Translations under genes and position numbers: made by a program
Assembly: GCA_977030845.1 (NCBI GenBank)
Contig: OZ365109.1
Span: 62,682,001-62,746,000 of the forward strand
Source of the DNA: Fimbriosthenelais zetlandica
Lineage: Eukaryota
DNA length: 64,000 bases
Reading direction: 5' to 3'
In this document: in pieces, positions 36,064 through 50,535 of the stretch
Layout of the letters: every line of letters begins with the position of its first letter
How positions within the stretch are numbered: position 1 is the stretch's first letter
The notes under the pieces: generated by a model
Database searches by the model: none
What the model was told of the DNA's origin: nothing
Seen by the model: only the letters and a program-made list of their open reading frames with translations

Positions 36064-38909
36064 TAAGGTTATATTACCAATTAAGGTTATATTTTTGTAA
36101 AACAAGAAGATTTTAATTGGCCTGGCTTTTACAGTGTAGAAGTACAGGTCTACATACATGTAAGCAATATAATTTAGCAGGTTATTGTGAATTTCACTTG
36201 TACTATAACAATCCCTTTTATTTCTTTTTGTTCAAGTACACGCCGGCCTACATGCAGGACCATGTATGAATACCAGAACATCCTGTTCAAGATTATTCAT
36301 GAGATATTTGCAAAAAAAATCTAAATCATCCTGAACATAATGCAAAAACAATCATATGTAGAGAGAGAATGGTTCATCCGTGCATTAACCACCAACAGGC
36401 AGCACTTAGGAACTAATGGATCATCATTAGGTCAGGGAAGCATTACTTTAGAAGCGCTCATGGGGGAAATGAACTGGCCTCCATACTGCCAAGGACGTAG
36501 CCCCACCATCAAAGGAGGTAAAGCCCCTCAGGACCAAACCAAATACATCCAGCAGTCGTGAAAAATTAGGGACCCAAGGAAACCCTCGAAGCAATTTAGT
36601 ACAACCTGAAAGATTTAAAAGCCAACAGGCAAATTCCCTCAACGTGGGTGGGAGGGGGAAATTATTACCCTCTAGAGTTGTCCGACTTGCTGGGCATTGG
36701 AGTTGCATGTACTTGTATCCATTCCCAAGCCATTTGCATGTTAGTAACTCTAGATTGCTTCTCTTACATGATGCATTGTAGAAATAATCCATCAAAGTGC
36801 TAAACCCGTATTTGCATGGAGAGACCCTGGTATGCAGACCCTAGATGCCCTGTGGCACAAAATGTAGTGGCCAATAAAAAAGGTATGGAAATGTGCATGG
36901 AAAAATCGGTAACAAAAAAACTAGGGGCCATTAAATTGCTCGCCCTCGCATTTTTGGTACCGTATATTGCATTTTACCATATATTGCATGTTATTTAAAA
37001 CGTTTGACTTTATCGATGTAACCAAATATTTGACTTTTTGGAAATCGTTTATTTATGAAATAACAAAATAATTTATTATTGTAACATTCTGCTTTAGCCT
37101 AAATGAAAGACAGTCAGGTTGTCTGTTCCATCCAAGGACTTTGCTTTAATCAATTTAACTATACTAAGTACGATCTACTGTAAACCTCATTTTAAACTGA
37201 AATTAAATTTCTCTTTCAGGAATGTAATCAAATGAACATTATTAATTTATTCTCTTACAAATATTTCAGAGAATTCTTCGGGGGCATATAAATTAATAAT
37301 GACAGAAATATAGGGAGAAATAATTATAAGGGGCAGTCTGGAAGACATGGTTGAGTGTCTATGAAAATTGGACTGGCTCCTAATTAACAGTATCCTATGA
37401 TAAGCTCATTAGTGTTGATTAGGTTTTAATAAAACTTCAATGACACCTGCGAGAATGACAGACCTCTATCTTACGTAATGGAAAACATTATGGAATTAAT
37501 TGGAATTCAACGTTCACTAATGACCTTCTAACTTATCACTGACTGAGGATTTACAGGAGATAATGGTAATAGAGTACAAAGAGACACACAGAGGCCTGCA
37601 AGTATCTCAGTCTTCCATTAGAAATTGTGATTTGCAAATTCTTTTTTTAATAAAGGATTTCTTTTATTCTTCTTTCTCTTTCGTTTCCCTCTTAGAAGAT
37701 TGTCAATCAGGTTTGGGGATTCTGATGTTTGATGTTTAAAGTAAAGACACTGAGATTTCTTGGCATCATGGGTCCTGTCACAACAACCAGGGCGCCGAGT
37801 TCTATCCCCTCAGGATTGGGTCCAGTTTCCTGAAAACTGATTCCAGTCCCTTGAGGACTATGTAAGCCTATAGGGATTATCACCCATTCGTTCAACTACG
37901 TCTAGGCTCCAATCTTGTTCGGGATTACTTCCATTCAATTCCGTGTAGACCCTGTATGTAGTATCTATATAGTGATAAGGTCATGGATCTTTGTCTACAG
38001 ACATGAACGGTATTAATATTTTGTGAATGCTGACTTTGATGTCTGATTAGGAAAGGGAATTCTGCGTATAGGATGGAGACGATGGCAGTAAAGGATCTGC
38101 GAACAGATTCTCTTATTAAAGCAACATTAATAAGATGGATGTGATGTACAAGTTTTTTACTGTGGCATTTTTTTCACTAAACCATGTCATTTTTGCAGGA
38201 CGGCTAATAGAGAAATATTATTATGCATATCATATCTTACTTCTATGATTTCTGGCATGTGTCTTCAGTATTTGCTAGAGTGCTTGCTACATGAAATATT
38301 AGTATGAGGGCTTCATTTCCCTGACATACACAATACAATATTTTCCGCAATGTCTCAAAAAGTGAACACATTATTCCTATTTGTTACCATAGGAACTATA
38401 CCTCTATCGCTTGAAATTGCCTCAATATATTCACATTTTTCCATACACTTCTCATTGCCTGGGGGTCTTTCGAAACATGCAGTTTGTACAATAACTGATG
38501 GCCTTACAATAGAAAATGTTATTGCTTAAAGGGGCATGGGCGTTTTCGAGATTTCCCTGAAAATAAATAAAGCCTCAAGAAGCTGTTGAACTTATTGAAA
38601 GAAAAATTGCACAAATACTAAATAAAAATGTACTGGCTTTCTTTGTCTGTGCAATGTTGTAGTGGGGGCCAAATTATGAGGTTTATTAAAAAGAAAGAAA
38701 CAGAAAATTCAACAATGCGTGTCAATGAGAGAAAAGGGGAAATAAGAAGGCACTTGCCTTACTAAGGGCCTGGACTAGCCAGGAAATGCATTTTCAGATC
38801 AACACCACGGGTGGCACCACTTTCAGGCGCATATAATATACAGGAATATACAGGAATTGTGGACCATAATACAAGATCAGTGACGTGACGTGCTCCTATG
38901 ACAGGATGT

Positions 38910-39800
38910 GGCTGACAACAATACCATGTAGGTGACTGGACATCTTGACACCCAGTCCACTCCTGTGTGGGAAGGCATTGGAAAATATGGGTATGAATTG
39001 CAAGTAATGAATATCTAGTGGATATCTCAAAAGACCTAGTACATTAATTGGATACCTACCAGGGATCATTGCCTGGTGATTCTTGCACACGAAGCTTGTC
39101 TATATGGCCATCATCTGGAAGTGCATTAGTTGCTACCCGAAAATGATTATGTTGCCAGAATCGTAATGCAAAAGACAGCTATTAAGATTTCGTTTGACAG
39201 AATGTAGCTCACAACACTACCCCCAGGACCTTGTATGTGTCTGGGCATTTGTAAACCCAGCCCTCTCCTGTGAGGGAAGGCATTGGAAAACATATGTTAA
39301 AACTTTGCCAGAATTGCAAGTCATCAATATCTCATGGATATCTCAGAAGACCAGGTACAGTAGTTGGATACCTACCAGGGATCATTGCCTGGTGATTCTT
39401 GCAGTGATTCTTGCACATGAAGCTTGTCTACAAGACCATCATTTGCAAGTGCATCAATTGCTACCCGCAAATGATGTGTTGCCAGAATTGGACGGCAAAA
39501 GCAAGCAATTGACATCTCCCTTAGCAAAATGTGGAACCGCATGCACCCCAGTCCATGTGACATGTGTCTCTAACCCCAGCCCCATCCTGTGCTGGGAAAC
39601 ATTCGAGTTTACGGGTAGGAAACTTTGCACGAATTGCAAGACATGAATATCTAATAGATATCTCAAATTTGGTACCTACCAGGGGTGGTACCTACATGGT
39701 TTACGAGACCATGAACAGCAAGTATATCAATTGCTGCCAGAAACTGATATGTTGCCAGAATCGCAAGGCAAAAGTCAGCTATTGAGATCTCCTATTTGGA
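38910..39800 (-). repeat. Same ~250-300-bp repeat family, locus C: three tandem copies on the minus strand
   Basis: GGGATCATTGCCTGGTGATTCTTGCA at ~39062 and ~39378; a partial third copy at ~39600-39790. Confidence 0.85.
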
Positions 39801-42800
39801 CTGCAAAGGCATGAAGAATCCGTAACTGAATTCAATTTCATTATCACGTTCACTGTCTCTAATATTACCCCATTTTGTAATGCTTAAAGTGTCAATTACC
39901 CATCCCCTCCATGGAAAAGGAATTTTCACTAGTCCCTACTTTTCTCCTCATAGGATCATAGCCAGTATATCACATTGACAGTTAATGACAGGGCTACATG
40001 CGACCATCACTCCCATTCTCTAATATACGGAAATAAAAAGAAGCAATATTGCTGACCTCCTCTGAGTAGTGGACATTATAATGGTTTTAAAGTGAAAGCC
40101 TTGAGCTCTCCGTCACGATCATTAGCCAACGTTCGGGGAAGATACACAAGCTCTTTATAAAAAATTATAAAATTGGAGTGTCACATTATCAAATGTGTAA
40201 TTTTGACAACCAGTAGGGAGACATATATCGGGAACCAAATTTGGTCCTCATTTCAGCAATATTTTTTCGCTTTACAAAATCTGGTTCCCGATAATAATAA
40301 TAAATACCCTACGAGGAAAACATTCACTTGAGATGTGGATTGAGCACTGATTGTATATCACTTGTAGCAGTCGAGCAATGGCGAATGATTGCTATCGTAG
40401 GAGAAGTGGCTTTTTGAATCATCGATACCAAAAGCAATTACACTGTCTTTATAGCTATTTTTAATGCTGACAGTCTTTGCTTAAGAGGGATGTAGCGTTG
40501 TTAATTTCAGAGTAGAGACATGTGCTATTGTCATGAACGAGATATTTTTCTTTTGCAAGCTGAATCAGTCTCCCCTTCATAGCAGTTACTACTATATTAA
40601 AATGACGATGTATAGAAGGAATTCCATAGTATTTATAGTACAATGTGTTCGAAGCACTCTATTCCAAGCAAAATAGGGAATGCAAATAATTGCCAAAAAA
40701 AGGATGATAACCATTTTTAACAGATCCATTCCGTAATATGCAGTAAGAGAGCATGCAGAGGCCGTCGGTAGTAAATTTCAATATGAGCATCCATAAATTG
40801 TATGGATCCCATTTTTAATTCCATAGCCTACATGGTATGCACCTGTCCAATATTGCAGTTTGCTTCACTATCATAGTTTTATCGCTGCAGATTAGAAATC
40901 CCATCTTCAGAAAGGTCATGAGCATCTTTACAAAAAATCATGAGTTTGTGTTTTCCGCATTAGTGTTAAAGGTCATTTAAATCTTTGTTCACCACACCGG
41001 AAGCCTGATTGGTTGAAGGGAGAAAATGACATGAAATTAACAGGCAAAAACTACCAGTTCTCACTTCTCTGAGCTAGTTGAACAAATTTATTTTATTCCT
41101 ATTACATGACCTGTGGCTACACACATTTGAGTTGGTGCGACCTGGGATTCTTCTGAGAATAGACGCGGACATTGGAGTCTAAATGAACCTCTTATGCAGG
41201 GTGTTCTCTGATCTTAAAGTAGAGATTACAGATTAGATTAGAGGTTACGTTAAAGAGCTTCCTCTTAATCAACTCACAAATGTCTTTGGGCGGTTGGATC
41301 CCAGGTGGCAGAGCAATTTCATAATAATTGTCTCTAAGCAGCCATTAATTCATTATCCTTTAATAGAAAAAGGTTAGATACAAATGCCACACGTTCTTCT
41401 CAATCTTCCTGAAATTGATAGTGTGACTTGTCAGGGATTTTAAGTCATTTGGGACAGGTTAACACGTAATTGTAAGGGAAATTCTTCTGCAATAGTTAAT
41501 TTATCTTTTTGGAGAATTTAGAATCATGACCAGGAATTTAACGGATTCATCCATAGCCTATTCTATTCTATGTTAAATAGAATATAAAATTCCCGTAATA
41601 AGTCTAATATTATGCAATTGAAATGTACATCCTGAATGTGCACAGCCCTTTCAACATATGGATTTAGGAAAGAGAGATTCGCAACTATTTAACATGGGAA
41701 GCCTGGAAATAATAATTACATTCAGTTATCTAACCTGAATTGGTTAATTGGTTTCACTTGGTGATAGTATTGGCGCTTGTCGTGGTACTTGTTTGATATT
41801 TAAGATACATTAGATTCATGATACCTCCCCATGGTTTATGTTCCATGTCTTACAAACACAATCTGAGGAACAAATATATAATTCTTACAAGATGTGATAA
41901 ATGCACAGATGAATATAATTATTGTGAAATTAGAACGGTCTCAAAATAAACCAAATTCATGGTGTTGCGGTGGAATTTAACGTTCGCCATAAAAGAGGAA
42001 TAAATCCTGTAGTGATATCACCCTGGCCATAAAAGCCAAACGCAATAACCCTGTAATGTTTTACGGTAACAAAAACGACTTTGGTTTTAACATAAGATAA
42101 TGTCTATCGTACACTATCAAAAATTGATTGATCATCTTCAGAGAAATTTGAAATTCAATCCCAGATCGCATAAGATCTTAAAATTCTCACGAATATTAAA
42201 TAATACTCTTTTTTCAATTCGCGAATAAGCATTCTCATCTTTCTCACCCGGGGGTACATTTTTCCGATGCGGAACACACAGCTCGTACGCAGTGCATCAC
42301 AAGGTTCCGTCTTGAAGTACAGCGACTCGGATAATCCAATCATATAAAAGATCTCATTTTAAGATCTAAGCTTTGCGGGCTTGAAATGATTGAATCAGGA
42401 GGGGCGTACTTCGTATGCTCTCTGTGTGGCATCATTCACCACTGGCAGAGATGATCTCTACCTGCTAAATATGCTTCATTTGCCAAGCTCGTCTAAGTGA
42501 TGGATGGAGGAGATATCCTGTGGCAGCGAAATGACATTAAATCTGATAAGCTACAGTATTCTTATAAGAGAATGCCGGGCTACTCTCTCCTTATAATTCA
42601 ATGGCTCCGTACATTATCAATGCGCAGTTGTGTGCTTCTGTTTAGAATAATACAGTATGTTGCATTACAATTATATAATAATACATGAATAGACCTAATT
42701 ATATCTTGAATTTTTAATTGGCACTCGAGTCTAAATCAATTATAGGAGGGAAAATGTTATATCAATGTTTCATCCAACATTATATTCGAGTAAATCACAA

Positions 42801-45800
42801 TCATAGTCACAGTTATGTATAACTGGTGGAGTCATTTTATAGCGCATTTCAGAGTCTGATAAAATATACTAAATCCGCAGATAACTGTACCATTGCATGG
42901 TCACATACAGTGTCTTTGTGCTGAAACTGTTCCTGCCTCAATCTGAAAAATGCCAGTCAAATAATGACTATGATGATTGGAGGACCCATGACCTGTACTT
43001 GATTTTCCGAATGCTGATTATTGTTTTTAGATTTTCATTTACTTCCCATATCAATAATTATTTGACGAATAACCCTCAAATGTCAGCCAGTACTAAAAGA
43101 CTGTGGGCAGAAAACATGGGAGCTACTTCGACTGAGCAAGTGAAAGAGATCCCATCCTATAGACTCCTAATTGCACTGGAAGAATTTAAAGCCAGCAATG
43201 TAACACGTGATGCCAATGATCAGAGTGAATAGTGATTCAATTAGCGCAATGGCAGAATCTAAAGCCCCTATTTTCCTCGTCATGATCCAAATCATTGTAT
43301 GAGTCCACATTGTCTTGACAGATGGTGAGATTTCTTTTATATTTTCTTTCCTCCTTTCTCTCGGATTTGAATATCTAAAGACGTTGGCCGTGTAATCCAA
43401 TATTGGCCGGCGACACACTCAGACAAACACATTCATCCCTTGGTTAAGCTGGAAGCAGGAGGCTATGTCATTAAGTTGATTAAGTGAAAAGGGCTGGCCC
43501 TCCCCTTGACCCTGGTTTTTGAAAGGGAAGGATTCTGTTTGGTTCTGCAGGGTCACTCTCCCTTCCAAGTCACCCACTGTGGTACCGCCACACTTCCACT
43601 CACACAACTCCTAATTTATTACCTTTCAATATTCATTGCAATCTCTCTGCATCCCTCAAAGGCACCCACAGCTTGTGTGGTTCCCCAATTCAATGTTTAC
43701 AGTGCCTTGAGATATTATTGACCAGCAATTTTCTTGTCAAAATTATCAATATAGGCAGAGTGGTCTTATTCACTGCCAATGGCAATTATTGACCGATTTG
43801 GAGATGGGGAAAGAGACGGGGTGAATATCTCCCAAAATAGTCACTTTCAGTGTCAAAAATAGTTACCAAAAGTGAGGGGAGAAAGGAATATAGGTACTGG
43901 TTAGTATGGATAACGTGGGTACAGTCATTTGGTATTCATTGTCATTAAAGCAAATTAGCAGTAATAACCAACAGTCTAGTAATCAGAAAGTAGAAGGTGC
44001 CCAGGCAATGATGGTGCAATGAAACGTTGGGTAAGGTAATTAATGTTTATCCCCATTTTCTGGACGCTTCCATCTTAATGGGCATGTTATGTATGAAAGA
44101 TATATACATTTTATGACCCTTACTGAGGAACACAACATGCAGTTCTCGTAAAAGAGCTTCATAAATTAAGAAATCTTCTGAAAAATGTACTGTCTAGTTA
44201 AGTACATTTATGGTTTGTACATTGCCTGTTTCTGAATGTTTCTTAGAACATTTGGCTCATTTCCCGGCGCTCATTTATCTTATCTTCGTTTTTAAAATGC
44301 CCCTATTTACAGGAAACCGTCAGTTAGAATAATAATTTTTACATTACTTTTTGCAATGATAATGTTCTGTTTAAGAATTGTAGGCTAAGCGTTCAGAAAA
44401 TACAAACATACAATTAAGTGTTTGAACAAAAGTTACACTTGGCATCATTTTGAAGGGAAACTCATATTATTATGGTGCGTGGTATACGCAGTAGAGCATC
44501 GAAATGACTGAGAGGATCAATGAGGATCAGACGACTGTTTTATAATGGACGTCTGATAAGTATTTTTTGAGTTATGACTACTAGTTCTTATCGATCCCAT
44601 TCACTATGCTACCCACTAAATATGATTGATAACGGAAGCCAGAAAGATCAGCTTGCTAGTGAATAGCAGTTGAGGACTATTCTAAAGGCTAGTGTCAAGT
44701 CTCCCACAGTTTCTGACACAGGGTTTATTTAGAGAGGATCATGCACTGCTATCACTCATAGACCTATCTATGTATACCCACTATCTTTGAAAGATTGGGT
44801 GGTCTTTACTTCCCTTGTTAGCCGTGTAACGTTTACATCCCAACCTTCCCGAAGCACCCCCGCCCCCACCCACCCCGCTGCCACCACCCTTAGGAATTAG
44901 AAAACGTGTTTAAATTCCCCTCCAGGGAATTATTTAACTATCTGCTTACTTCTTCTGCTCAGAAGTAATTATAGCGGTTATGAACAATTCATGACCGTTG
45001 ATTCCTGTTCGTTCTCACCTTTTATTTCTTCCCTCACTATATACTATAGCTACTATCACCCCAGTCACTCATTGTCATTGTTTTTTCCTGTTGCCAGGGG
45101 TTGGCAACCAAAAATGGCATGCATGTGAGACTGAGTTATATAAGATGCAGCAGCACCCGAAGCATCCAGCCGACCAAAATGCCCTGAAAACCACTTGGCA
45201 AGCACCGGCATATTTTTTAAACTGTCAAAAATAATTGCAGACCTCTGACAACCACTAGTTTGTGGTTGATCGTGAGACTTTCGCAATTGGTTTTATGCTA
45301 TCCCTGATATTAGTTGTCCATAGGATTAACATTGGGCCTTGATATCAGGAAGGTACGGTAGTTGGTACTATGAAAAGTTATCTCCCGCCCAGTTGATACA
45401 ACATTTTGACCTAATTTCGAGTGAATGGGAGGGGGTAACCATTCACTCTCAGGGAATACTGCCACCAATACGACTGTTCGGTCATTTCTATCTATTTACT
45501 TGCAGATTACCAAAAGCGTCTGACAACAACCTACTAACGACTACAGTAGAGTCCTGCCTCAAATGGAACGGTATGTATGTAATAAAAATGTGCACATAAG
45601 TGGAGGAAGAGTATGTACATATCATCTTTATACCTGACGAATGTGATAGTCATCAAAATGAACATGTTATGTTATGAAAACAGAGCTGTTTCCATGTACA
45701 TGTAACTTTCATGATACATTGCTATGTTTTTCGTTATATATGGCATAGCAATCTCTGCTCATCCGACAGGACTCTGTTTGATTAATAGGATTCCCCCGTG

Positions 45801-48800
45801 AGGAGGCCCTTTATTTTTCATGTGTTCCAGAGATGGATGATAAAGAGCAGCTCCATTTAATGCTCTGAGTTGGATGAGCAGATTGTCACCAGTCCCATGA
45901 AAAATTCAGGTAATCTATCACTCCTTGGACTTGTAAAGGACAGAAGGGGTAAAGATGGGTAGGGTTGAATGGTGGATACATCATGGTCAGAATAAATAGT
46001 TGTCACTTCTCCATACTGAGAGACACATTCAATACAGACGAAAATGGCATTATGTTTTAGTATAGAATCTGATCTAAAATCTCTGAAATGTGAAAGTGTC
46101 AATGCAAAACATTTTCTATCGCCTGACAAGTGGCAAAAACCAAAGGGCGAAGATAGGTTATAACGATATGAGTTACTAAAATAAAGAGTTATATGAAAGT
46201 AAAGATGGAATGGGGCTGAAGAATGGGAGAAATAGGCAATGACTATATAAATGTCACTTTGCTTCTTGTTATCTTGTCTGACAAACAGACAAAACTCAGA
46301 TAGGGCAGTCGAAGATGAAGGCACAAAAAATTAATAATGGCACAGGCGTTCGTTCCAGACCAAGGGTCAAGGCAAACAGCTTGTATTCTACAATAACTGG
46401 TACACGTGTGTATACATGTATGGGTAAATGGGCATATACATACAGTAACTGCATGGTTCCTCCATACTATTATAAAAGAGCAACATGATATAAAGAGGCC
46501 GGCAGAACAAGGATTTAAAGCCTTTCCGGGGAAAAACATGGATGAAAAAAGTTGAGAGGGCCATTCCATTGGCTGCTTCAATTTCCCGCTTCCCATCTGA
46601 CCCATGTGACCTCTTCCTTTGACCCATTCCAAGATGGCCGTCACTGTTGTTTTGATGTGGGCCTACCTACTGAATGATTCAAATATTAAATCGCCTCTAA
46701 ACGATACTGACAGACCAAGAAAGGTCATTGTGCATTGTTGAATGACAATAAAGGCGGATAAAGGCATCTACTTATGCCTAGGTCCATTTATTGGCATAAT
46801 CTCAAAATGTAATCCAAGCAAACCAGTTCTTCCCGCACGCAATACCCCATTCCTTATGTTGATCCCCCAATTATAGGCCTAAATGGACGTCCGTAGTGGC
46901 TGTCCGTAGGATGGGTATTTGCTAGTACTATAATAATTATAGTATGGATGTCTTATAATTAATGTGCATTATATCAATATACTCCTTACTGCAAACTCAG
47001 CAATTTATATGTCATGCATACTTGAAGTCTACTTTACAAATGCCAATTTCTTATATTAAGCCACGTTTCTGAGTCATATCCCCGGCATGAAGCATCCAGT
47101 CTAGAATGAACCATGATTAGTAATCTTGATTCTGGCTTCCAAGTCCCTTAGATATAATTAAGTTAATTAGTCTGCGACTGCTCAAAGCTGTATAATCATC
47201 ATTGGGGGAGATTGAAAGTTGTAGGTACTCCAACAGTATAGGCTACCACATTATGTAGATGAAACGGAAGCTTTTATGAGCATAATGAAAGCTCACTTCA
47301 AGCAAAATAATGGAAGGTCTATGCCTTTGATCATTATTTCTATGTTAGGTCGAATTTGTGAGGTCCTGAATAGAAGATACAAGGTTACTGTGACTTTGTA
47401 TTATAAAAACTTGGTAAAATTTAATATAAAATCAGTCTGTAGCCCATTTAAATTAAAACATACACATTTTTATAATTATTCAATCTATTATTATACAGGA
47501 GGGTCAGAAAAAAAGACACAAACAGTGTCGGGCAACCTCACTTCCCATTGCTTCCTGTCCAAAAAGGAAAGAGTACAATATATTCACAGCAAGGCGCGTG
47601 TCATTTAATAAACCATTCTCTGAAGCCTACAACACATGACTGTCCAATATCAATGGCGCCTAATGCCACATTTTGCAAGGTAAAAGACTGATAACAGGCC
47701 AGGGAGATGCACGTGCAAATCCCTAACCAGAGACTGGAAGCCACACATTGTATACATGTTTCAGTTTGTCAATGACATGATATCCATGGTGAGGGGGAGA
47801 ATGGAACCAAAGTCTTCCTTCTAAAGCTTCCGGTAAAGGCAAATCATGTAACTTTAATGTTGCAAATTACTTTGGCTGACACAAGTGCTTTATTCATGAT
47901 GGTCTAACATCAAGGCTACCCAAGTGGAAGGCCATTATTTGGCAAAACCCTTTAGCGAGTATGCCTTGTCATGGGGCTGAGTGTTTTGTCATTGTGTGCA
48001 TCTTTGAGGGTTGGAGATCAATGGACGGTGGATAGGTGGTCATGTCACATGTAAAGTGGTCGGACTTGATTAACATAAAAAAGTATTGAAAGAAACGGGA
48101 TGTTGTTTTGCTTCTCTCATGAATATAATATTAATACTTGTATAACACGCAATATTCAGAACATGATTATGCATGTATGTATGACGATGTATGGGAATCT
48201 ATATAGTGCTACACATGGCCTCAGTTAAAACAACCAAGATGAGGACCTCTCTAATCATCCTTTAATTTCCCATTATTTTGTCGCGTTTTGACAATGTTTT
48301 CATATTCCAGTGTATTGAAAGACTTTAATTTCGCGTTTTGTTACTTCGCGAATCTTTTAAAACGCAAAATTAAAATACATGCGAAAATTAAGTGTTTTAC
48401 AGTATATTCAAACAATGAACAATTCTTTTTGCTCAAATGTTGATGATGCGGACAAATTAAATTGTGTCACTTTTGTTGTACAATCACGTATTAAGTGTTT
48501 TTTATCTTTGTTTTCATCAATTCTCCATCAGGCAGTTTGCATAAATGTTCCCTTCACAAAAGATGAAAAGCTGGACTGGGGCATAACTGAAACTGTCTTA
48601 AAATCCTGGAAATGTAAAAAACCGGAAATGGAACTGGGACGTTTGATTTTTAAAGACCCAACTTTTTATCTTGTCAAATTGTCTCCAATTTTGAGATTGC
48701 AAAGAAAGGGTTCAAAAGTTCCGAGCTGTCATTATTTTTAATGGTGTCAGGCCATGTAGACACGATCTCCGTCTTTTGTTGATCAGCAAAGATGAAAACT

Positions 48801-50464
48801 AATTTTATTTCCTTAAAGATTTCTCGGGCAGTGGCATCATGCAGAAGAATTATTAAAAAAAACTTAATGTGGCCATATATATAGTTCGTTTCATTTATGA
48901 AATTTTCTACTTTGTTTACCCCATGAAAAAAATGTCACATCCTAACCACAGCATTTATTTAAAATGCATTTCTTTTGTGTAAAATTGGCCAGATTTTGTT
49001 GTATTATTTCGTAATACATGACAGGAAAAGCATTAATTATGATGAACATTTTGCGTGATTGATATGTGGACAGTTTAATGAATGTTACGTTACAGCAGAG
49101 TCATTTTCAACATGAATAAATTAAAGGGATTTGAAAGAGTTTGAAAGAGGCAAGTTTCTTTTTCTGATCATAGATCTGTGATTTCACTAAAATAATTTCC
49201 GTCCAATGTTTCATAGGGAAAGAAATCAATTCCTTAATTGATGTGATGATTTTGCCCCAAAATAAGTGATACATGGAGGCGCCAGGTTTTTTTCCAAGAT
49301 TAGGCAGAATAAATTGTATTATTCTGATCCTTTCCACTTGAGGCCTCCTATATCTTACAGAGGTAGCACGCATGGATTGGTGACCTGTCATTTGTCAGAA
49401 TTGATCTTCAGCATAGGCAACGGCACTTTTTGTTACACACTAATATGCCTTAATTAATATGTTCAGCATACCCTTTTCCACCTAGCAATTAACGCTAAAC
49501 GACCCAATTCATTTAATGAAATGTACTCAATTATAGTTTGGGTTTTGGATTTCCAAATCTAGAAAACAGATTTTGTTAATCCATGTATGGTGGGCTTTTA
49601 TCAGAGGGAATTTAATGAGCAATCAATCTCATAACATACACAACATAATCCGTTTTTGTTTGTCCATACAGAATTAAAATGAATGATTTACATCTACTAC
49701 ATGATGAGCCACATTTGCCGTTGTTGCCTCCCCTGCCAAGCAATACAGTCAATTATACTGAGACAATTTCTATTGTTTGAATTTTGGATCTGTCTCGTTT
49801 TCTCAATGTCACATTGTTTGGATTGAAGCCTAGTAAAGTAGGAATAAGATCCTCCATTAATTATTCCAAATCACTAGAAGAGGTTGAAGCTAGAAATGAG
49901 CTGCTTCGAATTAATTCAGAACTCTTGACAGATCAAATACATTGTGTTATGTGAGTCTATATTATCTGGACGTGCTATACAAACACTTGGGATAACAGGA
50001 AGTTCCGAACCTATGTCCAGAGGAAACATTGTAGGCGCCATCTTTTCAATTTCCAAAAGGCAATGCAATAATGCAACAAAATCCTAAAGGTTGTTTGAGT
50101 AGGAATTAAGGCGAATTATGTAAGTTATGCTCTATGGGAATCAACATAATGAAAATCCATAAATTTTCCTGATAAAAGGTCAGAAATTCTCCTTTTGCTC
50201 TTTAGAAACAAATATGAACTGCCGTCGGGTCGGGTCGGGTTTTAAGAGAATGTATTCAGATAATTGAGAATTCTTGTCACGTCTCTAACTTGAACCAAAG
50301 AAACATTTTGGAAGGAAAACATTGAATGTAATCTTTGGCGGCTATTTGAACAGATGCCTCGTGGGTGATTCTCCTGGTTGATTCATTAAGATTTGGACAC
50401 CATTAGTGAATGCAAACAGAACAAGTATTGATCTTAGAGATGGCTGTAAAACATACATTCAAAC

Positions 50465-50535
50465 TCCAACCCATGACAGTTTCTATTTCCAACCCATAAC
50501 AGTTTCTATGTCCAACCCATGACAGTTTCTATGTC
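50465..50535. repeat. Minisatellite, 3 x 23 bp (TCCAACCCATGACAGTTTCTATK)
   Basis: Read directly. Confidence 0.9.

Noticed and set aside
40226-40293. 12-17-bp inverted repeat
   Set aside because: Short, no TSD; within chance expectation for this repeat-rich DNA.
45857-46324. 155-aa minus-strand ORF with an SDH motif suggestive of a LINE endonuclease
   Set aside because: Only one short motif; other APE motifs and a downstream RT are absent.
48290-48404. Possible right end of a Tc1-like MITE (...GCGAAAATTAAGTGTTTTACAGTA)
   Set aside because: No matching left end found in the window.
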